Of a stretch of DNA of 64,000 nucleotides, positions 14,132 to 28,593 are shown piece after piece. Source of the stretch: Schmidtea polychroa (taxonomy: Eukaryota); the NCBI GenBank assembly GCA_044892525.1, contig CM097885.1, positions 8,496,001-8,560,000 on the forward strand. The letters are read 5' to 3'. The position numbers and the translations under genes were made by a program. The notes beneath the pieces were generated by a model. It worked only from the letters and a program-made list of their open reading frames with translations. It did not search any database and was not told where the DNA came from. How positions within the stretch are numbered: position 1 is the first letter of the stretch; the number at the start of each line of letters is the position of its first letter.

Positions 14132-15089
14132 ATTTGAACCATCGATTCGGACGAATATAGTAAATTTGTGTTGCTTGTATATTAATATCTTATGTTATTA
14201 TTTGTAAATATTGTAATTGGGAACTAAGCTTGTACTGTATATGTAATTATCATTAAAGTTTGACTTTCCATTGCTCATTTATCCTTTTACTATATAGTAA
14301 ACATTTTAACTTTTAAGTAAAGTAGAGGTAATCTCATTTTATGCAATTTATTGGTTGTTTCTAATTCATTTTATGAATTTTATGACTCGGTACGCCGGCC
14401 AAGGCCAAAGGAGGCTCACTGTTTTCTTTCCCTATAGGCTAGATATCCTGATCAAGCTAGATCAGTATGATTTCAATCGATAGTTCAAAGGGACTACCTG
14501 AGATCAAGTAACTGATCACTTTTTATGTCGAAGCATTTACTGTAGGGTTAGACTTATGTATGAACAATCGATTGAGAGATGTCATATGATGTAGAAGTGC
14601 TAAATTAAACTCTGCAGTGGTTGAGGGGAAGCCGTGCATAACATTGACACAGTATTTTCGATAGAATGTAAGATGGGATCAAGGAAAGGCAAAGAAAATG
14701 CCGAACGTTGGCAGAACTAGAAAACTGCAAATCAATTAAAAACACACTAACCACAGTCATAATCATTTTGTTGAGCGAATCACAGCACAAGAACCTCGAA
14801 TCAGTAGATTCAGGATCGTTTTCGTCACAATAAAGAATTGATAGCTAGTTAGCACAGTAAGAGAGAAACGACCCAGTAGTTAAAATCCATTTCATAGTAC
14901 GGCACACTTCGATAATTGAGTTCCACGAACTGTAATAAAATACAGAATTGATGACTCTGAAGAGGAAAAAATCCCATCACATCAACGACGTTCACTGATA
15001 GAGTCGCTGACAACAATCAATAATAAATGATAGATCAGCTACACCGATCTCGTAAGACCACACTAGAATTGTAAAAACTATCAAAGTAA

Positions 15090-15440
15090 AAATCGGCAGA
15101 AATACTAATTGAAACTGCTTCAGACCATTTGGATTTGCGATCTATCATTGTGAAGATGTAGTTCTTTTCCTGTGGTGATGGAAGAGAACATACAATGTGG
15201 AGAATTTCATAACGATTGCCCGGTCAAATATACTTCGTATGAAGAAGTTCGTAAATACGAATACCAGGATGATGAATGTGTTATCTCTCAGTTCCGGTTT
15301 TTCACCAAAATATGTAAGGCACTCTCAGTAGGATTAGACGTTCGAATGAAGGTCGAATTCTCATTTTCAAGGTTTTTTACGAGGATATTGTCGTATAGAT
15401 GCGACAGGATTTGCTGTAAGTGTGAAATGATTTGATTCAT
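15090..15440 (-). mobile_element. Decayed Gypsy integrase fragment
   Basis: Minus-strand pieces HHPGIRIYELLHTKYI*PG (zinc-finger region) and HIVCSLPSPQEKNYIFTMIDRKSKWSEAV (start of the catalytic core). Confidence 0.65.
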
Positions 15441-15470
15441 TTTCGGAAAATATCAGTATATCAACAAAAC

Positions 15471-15864
<394 letters not shown>

Positions 15865-16132
15865 CACAAATAGATAAATAAAACAAATTGCTGACCAATG
15901 GCAAGACAATAAATGAAAAGAAAGGAAGAAGAAAATGGTCAATAATGCAAAGATACAAATATCAAAATCAAGCAAAATAAATAAATAAATAATTGAAATT
16001 TTATTATATTAAAACAATAATGAACATTCATAAATTGTACACTGGGATTATCAAATAATACTTTTGTAAAAATTATATTGATATCTGGCTTCACAAAAAT
16101 AATTCATCTTAATTTTTACAGGATTCAGTAAT

Positions 16133-16266
16133 TTATGCTTTATTGGATTTGTTCCTTTGGTTTGCTGACAGTTTGATTTCTTTTGATATTTCCTCTTCCT
16201 CTTCCTCATCATATTGATGCTCAGGCTCACCGGGACGTAGCAAGCGGCCTACAAATTGATACTTTT
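16133..16266 (-). CDS. PGRMC: Membrane-associated progesterone receptor component (PGRMC/MAPR), exon 2
   Basis: TTTCAG acceptor, phase matches exon 1. Encodes (E)KYQFVGRLLRPGEPEHQYDEEEEEE...KA*, matching the PGRMC1 C-terminal pattern [22 protein letters not shown]. Confidence 0.92.
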
Positions 16267-16618
16267 CTGAAATTGATAAAATCAACACAACTCTGACAAA
16301 TGATGAGCAGAGAATAAATAATATTCAATTAATATTTGTGTAATTAATTAATTAAATAATTTATCCAAACATTAGTCACTCAATGATTAGAAGAAGGAAT
16401 ATCTAGTAAAGAACAATTGTAGTCCTACTCCGTTTCAGGACAAAAATATTGTTTCAGTTATTATTAAATTAATATTAAATAATAATAGGAGAAGTTGAAG
16501 ATAATTGATAAAATAATAGTGATAAATCATCCTTATAAATGATAAAATGATAAATGAATGAAATAAACATAGTAATGGATTTACAGGCAAACATCAACCT
16601 GATAGCCAAATGATAGAG

Positions 16619-16914
16619 CAGCACGACCCAAATTCCTAAAATATTTCTCCAAACGACCCAAAAAAAATTTTGAATTGAATATTTTAATCAATAGTCTTAA
16701 GAATAAACAAATTTAATTTTTAAACTTTCTTCTGAATGATCATTAAAAAAGCTATTTTTGGTTAATAGTCAGAAGAATTTTCTTATAAAGCAAATTTTAA
16801 GCTAAAGTTCGCTTGAAATGTAAAAATTTTTTCAAAGAATATTAAATTTGCCTCAATTTGTCAAAATGCTCCGCGACCCAAAAGTGGGTCGCGACCCACG
16901 TTTAAGAACCGTTG
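16619..16914. mobile_element. hAT MITE with eroded left TIR
   Basis: 8-bp TSD TGATAGAG. Right end TTAAGAACCGTTG, with GCGACCCA subterminal motifs. Confidence 0.8.
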
Positions 16915-17026
16915 TGATAGAGGGAAGCGGATAAATTACAATAAATAGTCAATCAGCTGAGAATATTTCATTTATTTTCATTATAATTAAAAATTGTAAT
17001 AATGAAATACATTTTTGATCTTACGT

Positions 17027-17407
17027 CAGTGGTTCTCAACCCGTGTTCCGCGATTACGCTTCCAGTGTTCCGCGATTACGCTTCCAGTGTTCCGCGATTA
17101 CGCTTCCAGTGTTCCGCGAGAAAATGACATTTTTTCTTTAAATTTGCCTTTAAGATACATATCATCAAAAACCTCAATTAAGTATTTTATAAGCTGATTC
17201 AATAAGAAAGCCGTTACACAGATATATAAACATACAAATATAAAAGTGTTTTTATTGCTTGTTATTGTTGCGGTGGTATTTTCTTTGCTTATAAGAAAGC
17301 ATTGTTTACGTTTACGACAGATTTATAGCAATTTGTGATTGGTTACTCATTGCGGGCAAGTATTTTTTGACAGTATTCCGCGCTTTTATATTAATTGAGA
17401 ACCACTG
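17027..17407. mobile_element. hAT MITE with an internal 22-bp tandem repeat (three copies)
   Basis: TIR CAGTGGTTCTCAA, perfect TSD TCTTACGT, and TGTTCCGCGATTACGCTTCCAG repeated three times. Confidence 0.95.
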
Positions 17408-20400
17408 TCTTACGTTATAATGAAAAATGAAGAGAAAAGGGATCAAGAGTGAGAGAAAATGAAGTGAGAATCGAGGTCTAGTTGAATAACTTATGGGATG
17501 GAATTACTATATCATTTATTGAATTAACAAATTCATCAGCAAGGTCCCATTGTAATAATTTGGTTCAATTCATTCAAAATCCACTACATAATAATAATAA
17601 TAATAACAATAACGTAATTTAATATAAACTGTAACAACTGCTTGATGACCTAATCATAAAAATTCAATAAAATGATGGACAATGTCGTAACGAGGTATTC
17701 TAACGTTGCCACGGAATGGAATGTCAATCAAAGTGCAAATCGTCAAATTATAGTTTACTGTAACTTAGAAATGATATGAATAATTTTCCCTTATTCTGAC
17801 AATATTATTGATGATTTTCCATCATAAAAAAATATTAAGTGCTTCGAAGAAAATAGTTAAATTTATATTTTGTAGGAACAGGTTGCGATTACGGTTTCTT
17901 GGGCAAGTTTATAATTTATAATTAATATGTAAGGAACTTTTGTTTCAAAATCACTTAAAGGCTGTACCGAAAAGTCGTGAATATTAAAAAAAGAACATCG
18001 ATATCTTTACTGATTCATAGTCAATATGTCAACTATAGAAAGTCAAGTCAATAATTATGTATGATTAGGAAACCTATTAGATAGGTAAAATACTAGGATA
18101 AATTTATTTTCCATTAATTTACCTTAATCAATAAGTTTGTGTATTATTTCAATTTATTGATCTATAATCATTAAAATGAAGGAAAAGGGGAAATTGAAAT
18201 AGGCGATCACTTGTTACAAGGATAAAAGAAATTTACTGATAAAATAAATGACCATTTCTTCCTAGTTGAAAAATATATTGAATTGATTGAAAATATTCTC
18301 TTAAACAGATATCTGGTTAACTTTTTTCAACCAAAATATGAACATTAGAAGTGAGTTGAACTTTAGTCATTGTTATCATATCTAGGTATGGCAAATACAC
18401 ATAGCACTCTATGTACATTCATAGACTTTGAAAATCTATGACATCAGATAGAGCTTTCGTAGAAAAATCACATGAGGCCGCAGACATAGAAATGATTAAG
18501 AATATCTCGAATGTACAGTAATTATTAAAATGAAAATTTGATATGTCGTATGTAGGTATATAGTATAAATATGACATTTATCTGTCAAAACAAATGCATT
18601 CAGCGTGTTTATATCAAGGTTCAATGACCTTGTCAAAATCGAATTGGAATAAATTGAAAGATATAAATAATTTTAAGGTAATTAGTAATCTCAGGCTATT
18701 TAGTATCTTTGATTTCCAAAATATCTTGAAACCCAGATGATAAAGAGAGCTGAAAGTAAAACACAGCAATTGCATATAAATCAAAAGGGTGCAAAAATAT
18801 GCTTTGAAACCTGGAACTTACATAGGTTAATAAATTTCTTCTAATTTCAAAGATTTTTTATAACATTCAATGCAAACATTTTTATTATACAATTTTAATC
18901 AAATCAACATATCCGATTTTATTCAAGAAAATTTTAATATAATAATTAGGACTGGCATTATTAATAAATACTATGCAAATTATTCAATATTCATAGATTC
19001 TTGGTACCAGCATATTGTAAATGATAAACATTAAATGAATAATAATTTTCGATAATCTTTCCAACAGAATATCTTTCTCTTTTTGCATTTATAGATCAAC
19101 AAATATTAAACCGCTATTATTATGAAAAAAATTGTTGAAAATATAAATCAAATGAAGAAAAGATTCATCGAATAATGTGGAATTGTTAGAGGACTGTCCT
19201 AAATGGTCTTAGCATGCTAATTAAGTTCCCGTATTTTGGTATTTGATATCTACTTTTATACAAAAAGTATATGCGGAGTAAATAAGAACCTGGCATATAA
19301 CAATTCAATGAAAACAAAGATTTTAAATTTTACAATATAATTATATAATAAATAAAAAATTGTAAATACTAGCATAATATTAAAAAATAATAAGATTTGG
19401 AAGTTATTTTCTATTAGTTTTTTATGAAATTATAACTAATCAATAAAAAAATATTGATATCTATTTTTAATTAATTGTATTGGTCAATTAAAAAAAAATT
19501 AATATTTGATCAATAGTGAATTATATTATATATTTTACAGATATCGAAATTATCCGTATATAATGCTCTTTTTTATAATTTTTTTAAATAATAATCATGG
19601 TGGATATTATACAAGGAAATATTTTTTTCCTGTTTAGAAAATTTTCTGAGAAACCAGTATGGATAAAGGGAAGTAAAGAATAAATTGTTACAAAAATGTT
19701 AGTTAATTTTTAGTGACGGGTATTATAATCTTATATTATATATTTGGATAATTTCGGAAATAGTGAAGAAGTCCTCAGGATTGGCAATGTTGTCAGGAAG
19801 GGTTATACGATGAAAGTAAAGACTTACACACCAAATAACACCACAATCGACCATATTTTCAATCAAATGAATAAAGGTTAATACGAAGTTTAAATTTGCC
19901 AGGATGACAAAGTTCTGATTGAATAATAATTGTTTATATGGTTGATAATTTCAACATCCGTTATTTTCTCCATCAGGCCAATTTCAGCATATAAATATTT
20001 GGAAAAGACTAATTCAAATTCGTGTTAAATAACAAAATATTCTTTAAACTGGAAAAATGGAGATAAAAATAAAGATTGTACTAATTTTAATATTCTTTCA
20101 ATGATTTTTTAAAAATATCTAGTGATTCTAGTGGTAACAGAAGAACTTTGGCATAATTGTATGCTTTATGAATTTAAGAAAAGGATCACAGTACACAGCA
20201 ATAAGAGAGACAAATAACATAAATGGAGTGAATACCTGAAAATGAGGAAATATTTTACATTGTTTTCAAGGATTTTAAATGAAAAAAATAATCAGATGAT
20301 ACTTTGAGAAGTGACATTCCATCAGGTGTAGATAATGGCATAACAAATAAAGAGAAGCAGAAAAATACTTTTCACAAGAAAATTAAATGTAAACAAATAC

Positions 20401-20829
20401 ACTACATGCATTAACTCTACATCAAAATGCAATTGATAATGGCTAAAGTTACATTAAATAAAATCCAATTAATTGCGCTTTGTGTTAATTTTAATATTAA
20501 TAATTATATGTTTAATATTTAATTGAAAATTAAATTTAAAGTTAATTATTTTCAAATACTCAGACATTGATAAAAAAAAGATTAATCGAAGTCACGGAAG
20601 GAGAAAATTACTGCGATTACAAAAATATTTCCGCGAAATTAGTTGTAATTAAAATTATTTAATAATAGGTCACAATGTATATAAATGAAAATTTAATAAA
20701 TTTTACCGTTATCGAAAATCAATCATAAATGCAATAAAATTCATAATAAATACAAAATTTTAATTTTAATACAATTATTATTAAGATTAAAAGGTCTAAA
20801 ATTTTTCTTAAAAACTTTAAAAAAATATA

Positions 20830-21810
20830 AATTTAATGGAATATATAGCAGTTAACTTACCCATAATATTTGTCTATCCAATATTTTTAATATGATGAAT
20901 GAATTTGTGTTTCATTTAAAGTTTTTCAAAGTGTAGATCATATTAGGAGCAAAAAACGTAAGTTGCTTTTAAGGGACCTTTTTAAGACGATTCCTATATT
21001 TAGTTTCCAATGCTCCCATAAACGAAAAGCCCCTTTCACATCAGTAAGACGATATGAAAGGGATTAATATTTTCAAGGCTTTTATGACTAAATTTCTATA
21101 TTCACTTCGAGTTATTTATATATCTTACAGTGTATGCTATAGTTGTAATATTTTATCAGATGATAGTTTAATAAGTTCATTGCGCTTTTTAAGTGGTAAC
21201 TTCACATCAGAAACAAAATATTTTTGCTATCTATTATTATTATATATATCATTAAAAACTTGAGAAAAATATTAATTTAATGGAATATATAACCACTAAC
21301 TTGTCCATAATATTTTCTTCTGATGCACATAATTGGTGAGAAGAGATTTATTTTTAAAATTAAAAATACAAGAGAAATATTATTTTTTCCAATTTTTTTT
21401 ATGTTGGTTATTAATGATACAATATATCACTATCCTTTTTTAGTCGCCCTTTGAGTTTAGCGGAAATATGTTGTACCTATACCAATTTTTACGGACACCC
21501 GTCAAATAGTCATTTAATGCCAATAAATCTAGTGTTAAACTGCAGTCCGAAATCCAATATTTTAATATGATGAATGAATTTGTGTTTCATTTAAAGTTTT
21601 TCAAATTGTAGCTTCATATTAAGATCAAAAAACGTAAGTTGCTTTTAAGAGCCTTTTTAAGACGATTCCTATATTTAGTTTCCCATAAACGAAAAGCCCC
21701 TTTCACATCAGTATGACGCCATGAAAGGGATTAATATTTTCAAGGCTTTTGTGACTAAATTCCTACATTAACTTCGAGTTATTTGTATATCTTATAGTGT
21801 AAACTGTAGT
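20830..21810 (-). mobile_element. Duplicated hAT (Buster/ZBED5-like) transposase C-terminal remnant
   Basis: Two similar copies (~20875-21135 and ~21553-21805). The first reads EYRNLVIKALKILIPFISSY*CERGFSFMGALETKYRNRL, the hAT dimerisation motif. Confidence 0.8.
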
Positions 21811-22891
21811 TGGAGATATCGAAATTTAGGTAGAAGATGAAGACTTATCACGACAAATATATAACGAACTTGTAAGCAGTTGGGTTATCGACAGCAGGTC
21901 AACTTATGTATATAGGAAATTAGTAGTTTAATAACAATAATTTCACGTCAAATATCCAATACAATAGGCGAAGGAACAAGTTATGTTTCGGGAAATATAT
22001 AGAACAAGGCGTCAATTCAAAACGCCGAGAAAATTCGTGTCACTCCTGGAAATATTGAAATCGGTTTGATCAATAATGGATTTATTGATGTTTTAAAGGA
22101 AATTAATTTTTGGCTATTGATATAAGAAAATACTTTTATTAAAAATCCATTAAAAGTACTCAACAAGATATTGATTGACAGAAAGAGCTACATTTCGTTT
22201 TGTACACCCAAATATTGCATCCGATCTTGTTATTCTCTTTCCAGACAGTTTATTACTAAATATCGGAACTGAGGCTATTATTGTCATTGATTTCTGTAAG
22301 GGTTATTGGAATCTCATAGTAACACAAATTTAGTCGGAAATATATGGAAACGAGATAATGAACGAAATAAAGTGGAAATAGCACGTATCAATCGCATTTT
22401 AATTTGTAAATTCCCAATAATTCATGCCAAGAGCAATTTGGCACTCTTTTGAAAATGTTAGGCTTCACATGAAATTAATAACTTGTATTGATTAATGTGT
22501 TCAATATAAATTTTAGTAAAAATCAGGCAAAAGTAAATTTAAAGCAAGTTCACATCTAATATTATTCTTATATTTGATTAATTTCACTGCAAATAATCTT
22601 TCACTATTCAGTTATATATTCTCTCATTTATAATAAGAACTTGTTTATTGATGAATAATAAAAGTAAAAGTTGCTGTCAGAAATAACAATAAATTCATTT
22701 ATTTATAATATTTCAATTCAAACATCCATTAAAAGAATATTATTTTCATCAAATATTACAATTTTCAAAAAATTTATTAAAAAATATTTAGTCAGTTGTA
22801 AATAAAAATTATTAAAATTCATTAAAAAAAGATTAAAATCAACTTTCAGAACTAATTTAAAAAATCTTAATAAAATTAAAAAATAACTCAC

Positions 22892-23333
22892 CTTTAAACT
22901 GTAATTCCCATTCTTTGAGTCTTCCCATTTCATCGGAATTAAGATCTGTGAGGTCATCATATTCATCTTTAAACACGTTTGGATCATTACAAAATCTTGA
23001 TAAAGCTCTTGAGGCATCTCTACCGGCAAAGTTAGAATAAGGTCCACCTTCTCCGTAGAGGTTTTGACCGGCTTTCGTCACATCAAAAATATTTCCATTT
23101 ACAGCAATTAATCGATAAGGACTGTTTAGTCCGTTGTATTGAGATAAATCGGTAACAGTGAAATCTCTCATTTTTAATTTTGGTAAAACGTCTCCATTAT
23201 AAGTGACAGATTTTCGAAAGAATAAATAATAAATTAAAACTAGACATGCAAGGAATAAAATGATATTGACTGAATTTGAGAAAACATCACTAATCATGGA
23301 AGTTAATGCTAACCAATATTTCATTAACGTCAT
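22892..23333 (-). CDS. PGRMC: PGRMC/MAPR exon 1 (full CDS complement join 22892..23333,16133..16266; 191 aa; 6.6-kb intron)
   Basis: N-terminal TM followed by a cytochrome-b5-like domain RDFTVTDLSQYNG...LIAVNGNIFDVT...YGEGGPYSNFAGRDASRAL...YDDLTDL...LKEWELQF. GTGAGT donor at 22891. Confidence 0.95.
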
Positions 23334-23561
23334 TTCACAACTGTATTATTAAAACAATTATAATAGAATTTCAAACTAAGGTAAATTTGTTTAAGTTTTA
23401 AATAACAATTTTTAAAAAATGGAAATAAACGTCGTTAAAGTGAATCCTATACAAACTTTAAGAATAGCTCCTTAAAAAATATGATAATATTAATTATAAA
23501 TAATATACTTAAAAATTAAAATCTATTGAAAAATTACTTAGGTTCTAAGCAAACAGATAAT

Positions 23562-24025
23562 TAGGGTTGCCAGATTTTCACCAAGACAAAACGGGACGTC
23601 CGGCAACCCTAGTAACTATATAAAAAATTAAAATAATAAACCAAGTATAAATATAAAAATCAATAAACTCACATATTTTTAAATAATTTAATAGCTTTAA
23701 ATATTGTAAATAAAAAAGTAACTTTCCCACGACAGCCACAGATTAAATTAAACAAAAACAAAACTTAACCATCTCTCATTCATAACAAAAACAAACTACC
23801 CAACAAGAAAAGTTTCATATTAAAACCCATCGAACAAGAAAGCTAATTCGAAAAATAGAAAAAGTGTGGTAAATAAACGAAACTTTGGAGGAAGTTGTCC
23901 TCCAAAATTTTTAATTTTGTTTGCAATATTGCAATGCAAAAAAAACCGGAACAATTGAGCGTCACGAAGACCTCTTTCGGGACACCAGGACAATGATCTC
24001 AAAACCGGGACGTCTGGCAACCCTA
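23562..24025. mobile_element. hAT-type MITE (TAGGGTTGCCAGA termini) upstream of PGRMC
   Basis: 13-bp TIR TAGGGTTGCCAGA / TCTGGCAACCCTA, with an extra right-end copy at ~23600. No clean TSD. Confidence 0.7.
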
Positions 24026-24631
24026 ATATAATACATGACATTTTAGAAAATTTTATTAGAAATTTATTTAGAAATCTATTTACAGTGGAACCAGATTTTA
24101 CATGTCCAGAATTCACGCCCTCCTTTTGCGTGTTATTTTTGTAGTCTTGAGTGATTTTAGTATATTTAAAATTCAGTTTTACATTTTTCTTTCCCTCAAT
24201 TTAGGTCAAAAATTTATTTAAATTTCGACAAAAATGAAACTGTTGACAACAATTAAAGTAAACGAATATGACTGTACATATGTATGAACAAAAGCTTGAC
24301 AGAAAGTTGCCTTCTGGCAAAGAACTCTGTACTAACCCCACAAGTTCAGTTTATACAAAAGTTGACACCATTTTTCTAATACCCACAATTTACATTTTCC
24401 GTAAGTTTAGATTTTTTGTTGGTTTATTGGCTTACATGGACTATTTTAATTTTTGTTATTATCATGGATACTATTAATAATTTTATTCACTATATCAAAC
24501 ATAATTTACTAATTCTCACTTGATACCTTTAAAAGGATGGACAATTTATCATTATCAGAATTCGAATGTAAAGATAGTTTTGAATTTGTTTGATGCATTG
24601 CACAATATGATAGACAAAGCGTGGATGAAAT

Positions 24632-25612
24632 TGTTGAGGTTTTAAAAGTAAATTATTAAATTATATAAATTTGAATAGTTCCGAATAAAAGGAAAACCGA
24701 AATTGAATGGCGCTAAAGCAGATAAGTAATGGCAAAGAAAGATATGATAAAAGCAAAACTATAAAAGGGTACAATCAGACACGAAATGGAAAAATGGGAA
24801 AACCTGAGGAAATGGAATAAAGTGAAATGTTATCAAAATTGAAGCTTGAAAACGGGAAAAGGGTAGATTAGGGGATGGCGAAAAAGACAGTCAGCAAGGA
24901 ATTGTTAGAAAATGTTTAGAAAGGGTCGTAAAACATGCAAATATGAAAAACACAAAATATTAATTAATTAATTAATTGGCTAATGGGAAATCCGAGCTAA
25001 TGTGAAGTCCGAGCCAATGTAGAACCCAAGCGATGGAGAAAACCTGAGCGCGGCAATCTGAGAGAATAAACAAACGGGGAATTTAGAGGGCAATTATCCA
25101 AACAGTCGGATAAACGAGGGTAAACAAAAGAAGGGGAATTACTAAGAGGGTCAACAGAAATAACAGAAATTAGAGAATGATAACTAAGGAAGTCAAAACC
25201 AATTAGGTCAAAAATAGGGCAATTACAAAGATTAAGGGAGTATATAAAGAAACTCCAAATTCACATAATCGGCAGTAGCCTTATGTAGGGAAGAAGAAAC
25301 TGACAATAGGAAGAAAAAAAAGTGATTATAAGAGGAACTGAAGAGTTAGAAAAGGAGCGTTAAAGGAGTTCGAATCAGAAAGTGGAATATCAAATAAAAG
25401 GGTGAAAGTTATTTTTAAATCGCACAAGGTCGAGACTTTCTAGAGCGAAGTTCGATCGGAAATCGTGAGAAAAGTTATGGTTAACTAAAAGTTATAATTA
25501 TTTATTGAGAATTGTAAATTTGCTATAAAAAAATATTTGTATTTATTAATTTTTGGAACACGTGGAGTCAGAGTAACTAACGGCCGACTTTTTAGTATCA
25601 TAAAATCCAACA
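24632..25612 (+). mobile_element. Solo LTR (Gypsy-type)
   Basis: TGTTG...CAACA termini, 4-bp TSD AAAT, TATA box at ~25241 and AATAAA at ~25394. Confidence 0.85.
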
Positions 25613-25689
25613 AAATTATAGTTTCATTTGATGTTTGTAATCTGTTTACTAATGTACATTTGGTTGAAAAAATTGAATTATGTTGCTTG

Positions 25690-26411
25690 TGTTGAGGTCT
25701 CACTTTTTAAAACCCCAACTTGCTGGTTCTTATATAATTATTGAATAGAAAACAAAGTGTTTGAACAAAATTTATTAAAATATAAAATTAACCTTTTAAT
25801 TACAAGAGTTTATCCATTGATCTTTCTCAAAAATATTCAATGATGCGTGTTATGTATAGTTATAATGTATGTCGTGCGTGTTATGTTTGATTGTAACCAA
25901 AATATGGTAGACGTTCTGTTCTGTCTTATTTTTAAATCTCGCAGAGATTGACTCTTTAATATTCAGGATAACCTAAGAAAATTTGAGCGAATAGACTGAA
26001 TTTTGCTGTGGTATATATACTATTTTAATACTGTTAAAATAAAATATTTTAATTTCCGGCATATACGCACGGAATATTATATTCATTTTTAATTATTATA
26101 ATTATTATTTCCTGCTATTCTTATAGCAGATGTCATTATCTATATTAATTTTCAAATATATTAATTTCCGGCTTGTACGCACGGAATAATGTTAATTATA
26201 TATTTTTTAATTTTATAATAATATTTTCGTGCACTAGTTATATTAATATCAAAATTTCTAATAGTACTTAATTATAATGTTATATTAATTATTTTAATTT
26301 AACTTAAATAATATTAATTATTTTTTATACCCACTAATTTTACCCTTTTGTAAAATAAATATTAATTGTATACAAGATATAATAAATAAACCAATAAATA
26401 ACTGTACAACA
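25690..26411 (-). repeat. Putative 3' LTR of the large Gypsy element (inner boundary uncertain)
   Basis: Ends in CAACA on the minus strand. Has a minus-strand TATA (~26015), AATAAA (~25773) and duplicated TTCCGGC..TACGCACGGAATA motifs (~26053, ~26165). A minus-strand TGTTG start lies at 26411. Confidence 0.5.
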
Positions 26412-26612
26412 AAAATAAAAATATCAATACAGAGTACAATAATTAAAATAGGAATTGTCAATAAATTGTCATAATAAAAATATATACATTGTCACAGGGG
26501 ACAATGATTGTCAGTTATGTATATCCATTTGATTGTTTTTGGATTGCATTGAATTGGACTGTTGGTGAATTTGGGGAATTGGATTGATAGTGTTGAAGCA
26601 TTGGAGCTTTGC

Positions 26613-28592
26613 CTATTTCCGTTCCTCAGCGAACACATTAACTCTATATTTGTTTGGCCCTGTTCTGTAATACTTATCTAGGGTAAATGTAGTGATGGGC
26701 CTACCCTCATCATCTAACATTCCTCCCTGGGCCGTTAAGATAATGTCCGCATTATCTCTTATACTACGTACCAGCTCGATTTTACTGTCTTTTATCAGCA
26801 TCCTCGTTTTGTTAAAACCTTTTGCCAATGCGAGATTTATTGTGTCGCCATCATTTATAAGCCTTCCAAAATGTCGGGTTAATTCCTTCTGCGTAATTTG
26901 CTCCTTCTTCTTTGGTATAATAAAATTGGGTTCCTCCTCGATTGCGATATCCGGTTCTGGTCCTAATTCGTCTATGTCCATATTTTCCTCTTCTTGCTCG
27001 TCGATTGAGAAATATTCCTCATCTGAGTCGAGGTCGCATTCCATTAGTTTTCCTGAATGGAATTTTGGTTCCTGTAATTCCAGTTTGACTGTTTTTTCAG
27101 GTTTTTGTATTCTCTCCTCTTCGACGAATATCACATCGTCATCACTTTCCATTAACTCATCTTCGAAGGTTCTGCGTGTCACATTCTTATTAAATTTCAA
27201 TTCGATTTGAGATGGTTCTATATAAATGTCTTCATCATCATCCGACATATCCTCCATACTACTTTCTTTAATGGGATATAATTGATCTTTTATTTGTTGT
27301 TCACTGAAGGCTTCTGAATCCCATTTAACACCTTCTTCCCATTGATTTTCTACGATTGCGTATATCACTTTGACGATCATTGTGGTTTACCATGCTGGGA
27401 ATGGTTCTGGTTCACGTAACATTCTATTTATACGTTTATCCTTGTCCCACTTTCTATGATGTCTGATTACCTGGTATGCCAGGTTGGACAATTTTATCTT
27501 GTGTGGCGCAACGTTTTTGACGTACGAGCACATAAATATATCTTCTGACATTTCTCTAACTCCCATAACATTGTACAGATCTAATATGAGAGCTCTGAGT
27601 TTCCCGATGATGTCGAATCCTACGACTATTTTTCCGCAAAGTAACTGTTGGATTTCTACCAGTGCTTCGTATTCGTCTTTATTTCCGATGATATTTTCCT
27701 TGTTGGCCTTCGTCTTCTCTGGATAGTAATGTAGTACTTTCGTTCTAGGTGTAATTTTCTCATCAAATATTGTTACACCTTTAAGATTCCGTAAGCTGAC
27801 CTCCACTGGCCTTAAGTTACTGTTGATGTCACACACTAGTTTCGCATCTACAAACATCACCAGATGATGTCTTTCTGCAGTGGACAGTTCCTTGTGAGTA
27901 AATGACATTTTTCTCCTGACGAAATCTCCATGCATATAGATGTTCGATTTGATGAGTTCCAACTGCTGAAATGGGTTTGGAATGGTGGGTACATATAATA
28001 TTTCGATTGCTATAACACAGGGTAGGCTGTTCATTTGGACTATCAGTTCGTTGTAGTCGTTTGGGACACTCCGATCATTTTTTATAGTTTTTATTGTTAC
28101 GGTGCAATTGCTCGTGGTGATTATTGGTATTCTTTGTTGGCATATTGCTACCTCTGTTTTTGTGATATGAAATAGGATTCGATGGGGCACTTCTTTTCTT
28201 GTTCTTGCAGCCTCCTCTGCTTTGGGGAATCTGTCATATGCTCCAATTAATTCTCGTAGTTTGACTCTTCTTGCCTCGTTAAATTTGACAAGATGCAATT
28301 CCCTTTCTTCTATCTCGATTTTCATATCATTGGGAATGCATACCTGATTTGGGAAACTGCGTATTGTAATAGGACTCCCATCAGTGCATATTTTATTTTG
28401 CAAGTTTTTATAAAAGCTGCCATAATGTTTCTGGAGCATGCAATGGTATTGGACATTTGATTTGGGTTTGAATTGTTTGCTCTGGGAATTGGATTGGTTG
28501 GATTGCATTTCACGCTTCGTTCTAAAACTAAAATATAAATTGACATGTTCAATGCGCATTTGAGGTCTGTCCTCATACGCTATCTTATACAT
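26613..28592 (-). pseudogene. Retroelement accessory ORF: DEDDh (REX4/ISG20-like) exonuclease fold plus acidic tail; one in-frame stop at 27387-27389
   Basis: The two ORFs are in frame (FPAW*TTMIVKVIY). VMFVDAKLVC...VEVSLRNLKGVTIFDEKITP...IQQLLCGKIVVGFDI..KLRAL parallels REX4 VALDCEMVG...RVSIVN..G.VLYD.YVKP...LLKGRILVGHAL.NDLKAL. Confidence 0.65.
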
Positions 28593-28593
28593 A

